Source: Candidatus Thorarchaeota archaeon
GTDB lineage: Archaea; Asgardarchaeota; Thorarchaeia; Thorarchaeales; Thorarchaeaceae
Length of the DNA: 64,000 bases
NCBI GenBank assembly: GCA_011364985.1
Contig: RDOC01000002.1
Span: 64,001-128,000, forward strand
Reading direction: 5' to 3'
Shown here: in pieces, positions 58,419-64,000 of the stretch
How positions within the stretch are numbered: the stretch's first letter is position 1
How the letters are laid out: each line of letters begins with the position of its first letter
Program-made: the position numbers and the translations under genes
The notes under the pieces: model-generated
What the model saw: only the letters and a program-made list of their open reading frames with translations
Databases searched by the model: none
What the model was told of the DNA's origin: nothing

Positions 58419-58654
58419 GAACACGTGTTCGAACAGGGATAGTACCCCTTCGTTTCTGATAGAGAATATCAAAAGTATGACTAATATATTTAGATACCAA
58501 CAAATATAAATACTGGTTTTCTAAATTGCATTTATCTCCATTTTTATTATTAAATATATCAATGCTGTAATTCTCCATTTTCATTAATTCGACCGGAAAC
58601 CAAGGGGTATGATCGTATGGCAAAACACTATTCTGTAAATTAGAACACGTGTTC
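58419..58654. other. Candidate archaeal replication origin (inverted ORB-like boxes, AT-rich DUE, flanking palindromes)
   Basis: CTCTATCAGAAACGAAGGGGTA (minus, 58443-58464) and TTCGACCGGAAACCAAGGGGTA (plus, 58588-58609) flank a 123-bp ~80% AT spacer. GAACACGTGTTC at 58419 and 58643. Confidence 0.65.
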
Positions 58655-58770
58655 AAAATGTATTATTCGTATTATAATACTAAGACCTTTTCCAAAACCA
58701 CAAGGTTGATACAGACCTCTTAGGGGTGGAAAATCATTGACTACAAAGAGTTAATTGGAGGCAGCATTTC

Positions 58771-60663
58771 TTGACAAAAGCAACGGTACTTCTGGAAGAT
58801 GCACCTGGAAAAGAGATTCTTCTTCTTGCTAACGAAGCAATTGCTCGTGGAGTATTTGAAGCTGGAGTACGACTCGTTGCAGTCTACCCTGGAACTCCAA
58901 GCAGCGAAATAGGTAATAATCTGACCTTTATGGCTCCTCACATACCCAATTTCTATTTCGAATTTAGTGCAAATGAAAAAGTTGCACTTGAGGTAGCAGG
59001 TGCTGCAGCAGTTGCTGGCGTACGTGCTATGATGATTTGCAAGGGTCCAGGTTTGAATGTGGCCGCCGATCCCTTCTTTTCTCTTGCCTATGTGGGTGTG
59101 AGGGGAGGAATGGTCATCTTAGTCGCAGATGACCCTAGCATGTGGAGCTCTCAAAACGAAAATGATAGTCGATATTATGCATTGATGGGCAACATACCTA
59201 TGCTTGAACCAAGCGATCCTTCCGAGGCAAAAGCCATGCTCTTGCAAGCCTATGAACTATCGGAGATGCTTGAGCTCCCAGTGCTACTTAGAACCACAAC
59301 TCGTGTCAACCACACACGAGCACCTGTAATCTTTGGCAAAATCAAGGAGCGACCGGAAACTATACACTTTATCAAAGACCCTTTCCGTTTCGTACCACTC
59401 CCTTCTGTTGCACGCAAACGACATCCCATTCTTCTAGAAACCATAGAGCGAGCAAAGGAAATCTCAGAATCTTCCCCTCTGAACTTCACACAAGGAAGCG
59501 GAGAGCTTGGAATTATCACAAGCGGAGTTTCTTACAACTATGTCCTTGAAGCACTACTCTCAATAGATTGCAAAGCTGAGATACTCAAATTGGGTTTAAC
59601 CCACCCAGTTCCTGATAAAACAATTGCAGATTTTCTTAGACGGCATAGAAGGGTTGTTGTTGTCGAAGAGTTGGAACCTTTCTTAGAAACTCATGTTCGG
59701 CGCATTGCCCAGCTGAATAAGATCGAAGTCGAAATCATGGGGAAAGAACAGGGCTATTTTCCCCGGGTTTTTGAATATAGTCCACGCATAGTGATTGAAG
59801 GATTAACCAAGGCTATTAATTGTAATACACCTATTAACTGGCAGGAAATTGACGACCGCTTGAAGGACTTACCCACACTTCCACCCCGTCCACCTTTGTT
59901 ATGTGCTGGTTGTCCACACAGGGCAAGCTACTATGCTATTCGTACAGCGACAAGAGGAAAAGCTATCTATCCTTCTGATATTGGCTGTTATACCCTAAGC
60001 ATTGCGCCACCATTAGAAACAGCTGACATCCTCTTTGACATGGGTTCTTCTATAACAACAGCATGTGGAATTGCTAAGGTCACTAAACAGGATGTCATCG
60101 CTACTATCGGTGATAGTACATTCTTTGCTTCTGCTCTTCCTGGAATTGCCAGTGCAGTCTACAACGAACATCCAATTAGCGTCGTTGTTCTCGACAATAG
60201 AACAACAGCCATGACAGGGCATCAACCCCACCCTGGTACAGGTGTCACAGGAATGCAAAAGCAAGTTACGCCTCTTGATATTTCTCAAGTATGCAAAGGT
60301 CTTGGTGTCAAATATGTGAAAGTCGTAAATCCTTTCGATTCTATAGCTGACCTAGTTGCTGAGGTTCGTAAGATGGTAAGCTGGGTTAGAAATAACAGCT
60401 TGCCTGCGGTACTTGTTTCAAAAGAACCTTGTGCGCTTTTGACAGCAGCTGAACGTAGACGTACTGGTGATTTTGCGCCAAAATATTACGTAGATGAAAA
60501 GCTATGCAATGCCTGTAAGCGCTGTTTGAATAGATTGTCTTGTCCTGCCATGTACCAAGATCCTAAAACCGAAAAAGCAGTAATAGACGAGACTCTTTGC
60601 AATTTGTGTGGCACATGCATTGCAGTATGCCCTCAAGGTGCGATCAAACGAGAGGTGGAGTAA
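58771..60663 (+). CDS. iorA: Indolepyruvate:ferredoxin oxidoreductase alpha subunit
   Basis: NEAIARG, YPGTPSSE, NEKVALE, SSQNEND, LCAGCPHR, DIGCY, GDSTF, C-terminal 2x[4Fe-4S] motifs. Confidence 0.95.
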   Translation: MTKATVLLEDAPGKEILLLANEAIARGVFEAGVRLVAVYPGTPSSEIGNNLTFMAPHIPNFYFEFSANEKVALEVAGAAAVAGVRAMMICKGPGLNVAADPFFSLAYVGVRGGMVILVADDPSMWSSQNENDSRYYALMGNIPMLEPSDPSEAKAMLLQAYELSEMLELPVLLRTTTRVNHTRAPVIFGKIKERPETIHFIKDPFRFVPLPSVARKRHPILLETIERAKEISESSPLNFTQGSGELGIITSGVSYNYVLEALLSIDCKAEILKLGLTHPVPDKTIADFLRRHRRVVVVEELEPFLETHVRRIAQLNKIEVEIMGKEQGYFPRVFEYSPRIVIEGLTKAINCNTPINWQEIDDRLKDLPTLPPRPPLLCAGCPHRASYYAIRTATRGKAIYPSDIGCYTLSIAPPLETADILFDMGSSITTACGIAKVTKQDVIATIGDSTFFASALPGIASAVYNEHPISVVVLDNRTTAMTGHQPHPGTGVTGMQKQVTPLDISQVCKGLGVKYVKVVNPFDSIADLVAEVRKMVSWVRNNSLPAVLVSKEPCALLTAAERRRTGDFAPKYYVDEKLCNACKRCLNRLSCPAMYQDPKTEKAVIDETLCNLCGTCIAVCPQGAIKREVE

Positions 60664-61281
60664 ATGACCTGTAATATCGATAATGCAGTCAATATTGTAA
60701 TTTCGGGAGTTGGCGGCCAAGGTGTCCTTACTCTTGCTGAAATTTTGGCCAAGTCTGCATTATCACAGTCCTATAATGTGCGAGTCGGAGAAATTCATGG
60801 AATGGCTCAAAGAGGTGGTCATGTTGTTTGTACGGTCAGGATTGGAAAGAATGCATACGGACCAGTCGTTGATGCCGGTACTGCACAATTACTAATCGGT
60901 TTCGAACCTATTGAAACCCTTAGAGAAATACAGACTATAGCAAAAGATGGTCATGTCTTAATGAATTCTCATATCTTATATCCGGTTGCTGTATCTATGG
61001 GTCAAGTAGAATATCCAAAGCATGAAGAAATAGTTACCAATATTAAGAAATTCACAAATAATCTTGTTGAAATCGATGCAATGAAATTGGCCATTCAGGC
61101 TGGAAGTTCTCGTTCTCTTAATATGGTAATGTTTGGAGGGCTTATTGGAACCGGTATCATCCCAATATCGGAAGAAAGCGCTCTGAAGGAAATACGCAAT
61201 GCATTTCCAAAGAAATTCGAGATAGTCAATACCACAGCATTCCAACTTGGTTTACAAGCAGTGCAATCCGTATCCCAATGA
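60664..61281 (+). CDS. iorB: Indolepyruvate:ferredoxin oxidoreductase beta subunit
   Basis: GVGGQG, EIHGMAQRGG, NMVMFG; adjacent to iorA. Confidence 0.95.
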   Translation: MTCNIDNAVNIVISGVGGQGVLTLAEILAKSALSQSYNVRVGEIHGMAQRGGHVVCTVRIGKNAYGPVVDAGTAQLLIGFEPIETLREIQTIAKDGHVLMNSHILYPVAVSMGQVEYPKHEEIVTNIKKFTNNLVEIDAMKLAIQAGSSRSLNMVMFGGLIGTGIIPISEESALKEIRNAFPKKFEIVNTTAFQLGLQAVQSVSQ

Positions 61282-61304
61282 TTTGTATTACTAGTATCAC
61301 AACA

Positions 61305-63650
61305 CTAGTTCATAGATGCAACTAATACTTGACCGAGCGAAACACCACCATCCCCAGGTGGTACATTTCTGTGAAGGAGTAGCTTTAGATTTCTATTACT
61401 TACATACCTTGCGATTGATTGACTGATAATGCGATTCAAGGCAACACCCCCAGAAAAAGCTACAAATTCAACATGATTCTTCTCGGCATTATCGCACGCA
61501 ATCTTTGCCAAAGAATGACCCAAATGCCATTGCGCCGAAAATGCCAATTTATCGCAATGAATTCCTTCTTTCTTGTATTTCAATATCTGCTTTAGTGATT
61601 CAGTTGTATCTAATTCCACGATTCCCTCTGACTCAAGAAACATTGCCTTTATTTTGGGTCCGGATCTTGCTGCTATTGATTCAAGTTTCATAGGACATTC
61701 TCCATCATAAGAGTTTTCATAACATACGTCTAAAGCCACAGATAGTGCGTCGAGAAAGCGACCAGTACTCGTACTCTCTATATTATTCAAGTTACGCAAC
61801 CATGCATCCTTCAAAATTCTGTAGGTTTCTTCATTGAGAGAAACATTCGCTGCTATTCTTTTTCCATAAGCCATCCCCAATACTTCATCCATCTCCAATT
61901 CTTCACCCATAATTCCTAGTAAAGCCCGAACAGCAAACCTTGCGGAAAGGTCTCCACCTGGATATAATACTGGTTTCAGCCCTCCAACTCGCTCATAGGT
62001 TTGTGCGTTCCCATAGAGAACATCTCCTCCCCATCCGGTACCATCTGGACCGTAACCATAGCCATCTGCTGTAATACAAGTAATATTTGTATCAGCAGCA
62101 AGACCGTTATCTGCTAGGATCGATGCCAAGTGGGCATGATGGTGCTGTACGCGAATTAAGGGAACATCTCTATCACGAGCTAGTCTTTCGGCGAATTCTG
62201 TCGTCAGGAATTCGGGATGAAGATCACAGGCAATCTTATCTAAACTTTGTACATCTAGCAGATGCATCATATGATTAATACTATTTTCAAGAAAATGAAC
62301 ATTCTCTAGTTGATCAATATCGCCTATATGCTGTGTTACATATGCCCTGCCAGCTTTTACAATTGCAGCTGTCACCTTTTCTTCTGGGCCCACACCCATA
62401 ATTATTAGCGACGAAGAAATTCCTTCTAATGGGATTGGGTCTGGAACATATCCTCTTGCACGTCGAATGAAAACAGGAGTCTGTTGAGTCACAAATTTAA
62501 TTACAGAATCATCAACTCTCTGGTAAATCCTCCTATTATGTATTAAGAAATAATCTGCAACATCATTCAACTCAGATATTATAGTTTTGGAATCAATATA
62601 CATTGGCACACCAGTTGGATTGGCACTTGTCATTACTAGAGCCGGCTCTTTAAGCAAGTCAAAAAGTAAGTGATGTACTGGGGCATAGGGCAACATGACT
62701 CCCACAGTATCCAGACTGGGAGATATCACATCTAGCGATCCCTGTGGTATTACAGTTGATATATTTTCAATATGGTTGTACTTTCTCACAAGCACTACCG
62801 GTCTTCGCCAAGACTGAAGAAGATCGATTTCTTCCCTTGTTGGACTGAGCATCTCTCTTAGAGTACGAATGTTTCGAACCATAATAGCAAAAGGACGTTC
62901 TAATCGACCTTTTCTTTTTCTAAGCAATTCAATTGGAGATACATCTGTTGTCTTTGTAACCAGATGAGTTCCACCAATGCCCTGCAATGCAATAATCGCT
63001 CCCTCCGAAATCAGCTTTGCTGCAAGGACAATAGCATTTCTCTTCCTACTTCCATTACGCTCCGAATCAACCAACTGATAAAGGGGCCCACATTTCTCAC
63101 ATGCAGTTGTTTGAGCATGATACCGACGGTCTAGAGGATTCGTATAACCTGTATTACAATCATTACAAAGGGGAAAATCGATCATAGTTGTATTTTGGCG
63201 ATCATAAGGCAATGATGTGATTGTCGAATACCTTGGTCCACACGCGGCACATGATGTGAAAGGATATCCATACCATCGGGAGCTCGAATCTCTCATGTCA
63301 GAGATACATGACTTGCATATCGCAATATCAGGAGGAATATCCGGAGCAACTTCTTTGCCCTTTTTTATGGATGATTTTTCGATGAAGAATCTGTCAAACA
63401 TCCCTGTGACATCTTTCCATTCTACGATAACTGAATCGACTCGAGATATTGATGGTGGTTTCGTCTTTATTTTGTCAATTAACTGGAGAATTAATGGTTT
63501 CTCGCCTTCCACAACAATTCTAACTCCGGCATCACCTAGATTCAGAACATACCCAGTCAGTGCGAAACTTGTAGCCAAGCGATAGACAAATGGCCTAAAT
63601 CCAACACCTTGTACAATCCCCTTGACATGTATTACAGCTTGGTGAGTCAC
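61305..63650 (-). CDS. hypF: Hydrogenase maturation carbamoyltransferase
   Basis: GIVQGVGFRPF acylphosphatase domain, Zn fingers (CAACGPRY), QHHHAH, PPGDGGVSLGQ. Confidence 0.97.
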   Translation of the reverse strand: MTHQAVIHVKGIVQGVGFRPFVYRLATSFALTGYVLNLGDAGVRIVVEGEKPLILQLIDKIKTKPPSISRVDSVIVEWKDVTGMFDRFFIEKSSIKKGKEVAPDIPPDIAICKSCISDMRDSSSRWYGYPFTSCAACGPRYSTITSLPYDRQNTTMIDFPLCNDCNTGYTNPLDRRYHAQTTACEKCGPLYQLVDSERNGSRKRNAIVLAAKLISEGAIIALQGIGGTHLVTKTTDVSPIELLRKRKGRLERPFAIMVRNIRTLREMLSPTREEIDLLQSWRRPVVLVRKYNHIENISTVIPQGSLDVISPSLDTVGVMLPYAPVHHLLFDLLKEPALVMTSANPTGVPMYIDSKTIISELNDVADYFLIHNRRIYQRVDDSVIKFVTQQTPVFIRRARGYVPDPIPLEGISSSLIIMGVGPEEKVTAAIVKAGRAYVTQHIGDIDQLENVHFLENSINHMMHLLDVQSLDKIACDLHPEFLTTEFAERLARDRDVPLIRVQHHHAHLASILADNGLAADTNITCITADGYGYGPDGTGWGGDVLYGNAQTYERVGGLKPVLYPGGDLSARFAVRALLGIMGEELEMDEVLGMAYGKRIAANVSLNEETYRILKDAWLRNLNNIESTSTGRFLDALSVALDVCYENSYDGECPMKLESIAARSGPKIKAMFLESEGIVELDTTESLKQILKYKKEGIHCDKLAFSAQWHLGHSLAKIACDNAEKNHVEFVAFSGGVALNRIISQSIARYVSNRNLKLLLHRNVPPGDGGVSLGQVLVASMN

Positions 63651-64000
63651 TTACCAAGACCTCAATTAGGTTTCACATCTCTCCAGATATTAATACAATG
63701 AAGTGACAACAATTCTATTGTTCAATAGAAATACAATATAGAAACAAATTCAGGTTTCGATATACTTATCCTCAATGGAACACGTATATTACATTGGACA
63801 AGATCTCATAGGGTCTCTTAAGGGTATATTTGTACTAGTTTATGATGAACCTTGCGGACAACACACGACGATTCAAGAACCATTGTATTCGAACCTGAAA
63901 CGACACCTTCCATTCTTGCCACAATCCCAGACTGCTTAAGAGTCATTCTTCAAGAGATGTCAGAAAGCACAAAAAGAAAAGGCAAATCTATTCTGATTTC

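Noticed and set aside
58129-58700. CRISPR-Cas locus suggested by the Cas2-like protein and repeats
   Set aside because: No regularly spaced direct repeats with unique spacers and no other cas genes.
63842-63898. Possible C/D box sRNA (ATGATGA...CTGA, 57 nt)
   Set aside because: Internal D'/C' boxes and guide lengths do not fit well, and target complementarity cannot be verified by eye.

Overview
A gene-dense, roughly 40% GC archaeal chromosomal segment. An Asgard lineage, probably Thorarchaeia-like, is inferred from the H4MPT C1 enzymes (mch/fwdC/ftr), roadblock plus small GTPase genes, an Rpb8-like RNA polymerase subunit, an Urm1-like modifier and intron-containing tRNAs. Most of the window is housekeeping: replication/repair (GINS, MCM, Hel308, HerA-NurA, RFC, Cdc6/Orc1), tRNA modification, pyrG, glmS, rpsJ, ipk, kor/ior oxidoreductases, hypF and a LKR+SDH saccharopine pair. 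Three tRNAs are missing from the ORF track: Pro-GGG with two introns, Gly-CCC, and Glu-CTC with a D-stem intron. The strongest candidates for undescribed biology are: (1) an operon of a tandem-roadblock protein, a DENN/folliculin-like protein and an MglA-like GTPase (27.4-29.9 kb); (2) a cluster of a divergent TFB, a VirB11/TadA ATPase, an Flp-like pilin, Ig-like surface proteins, a CedB/VirB4-like ATPase and a VirB2-like small protein, resembling a DNA-exchange system (35.8-51.9 kb); (3) a candidate replication origin with inverted ORB-like boxes around an ~80% AT spacer, bracketed by perfect GAACACGTGTTC palindromes (58.4-58.65 kb); (4) an array of TGTGAAT repeats upstream of a wHTH gene (54.2-55.3 kb). 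No integrase, transposase, CRISPR array or rRNA was seen. All family assignments come from motif recognition by eye; no searches were run.
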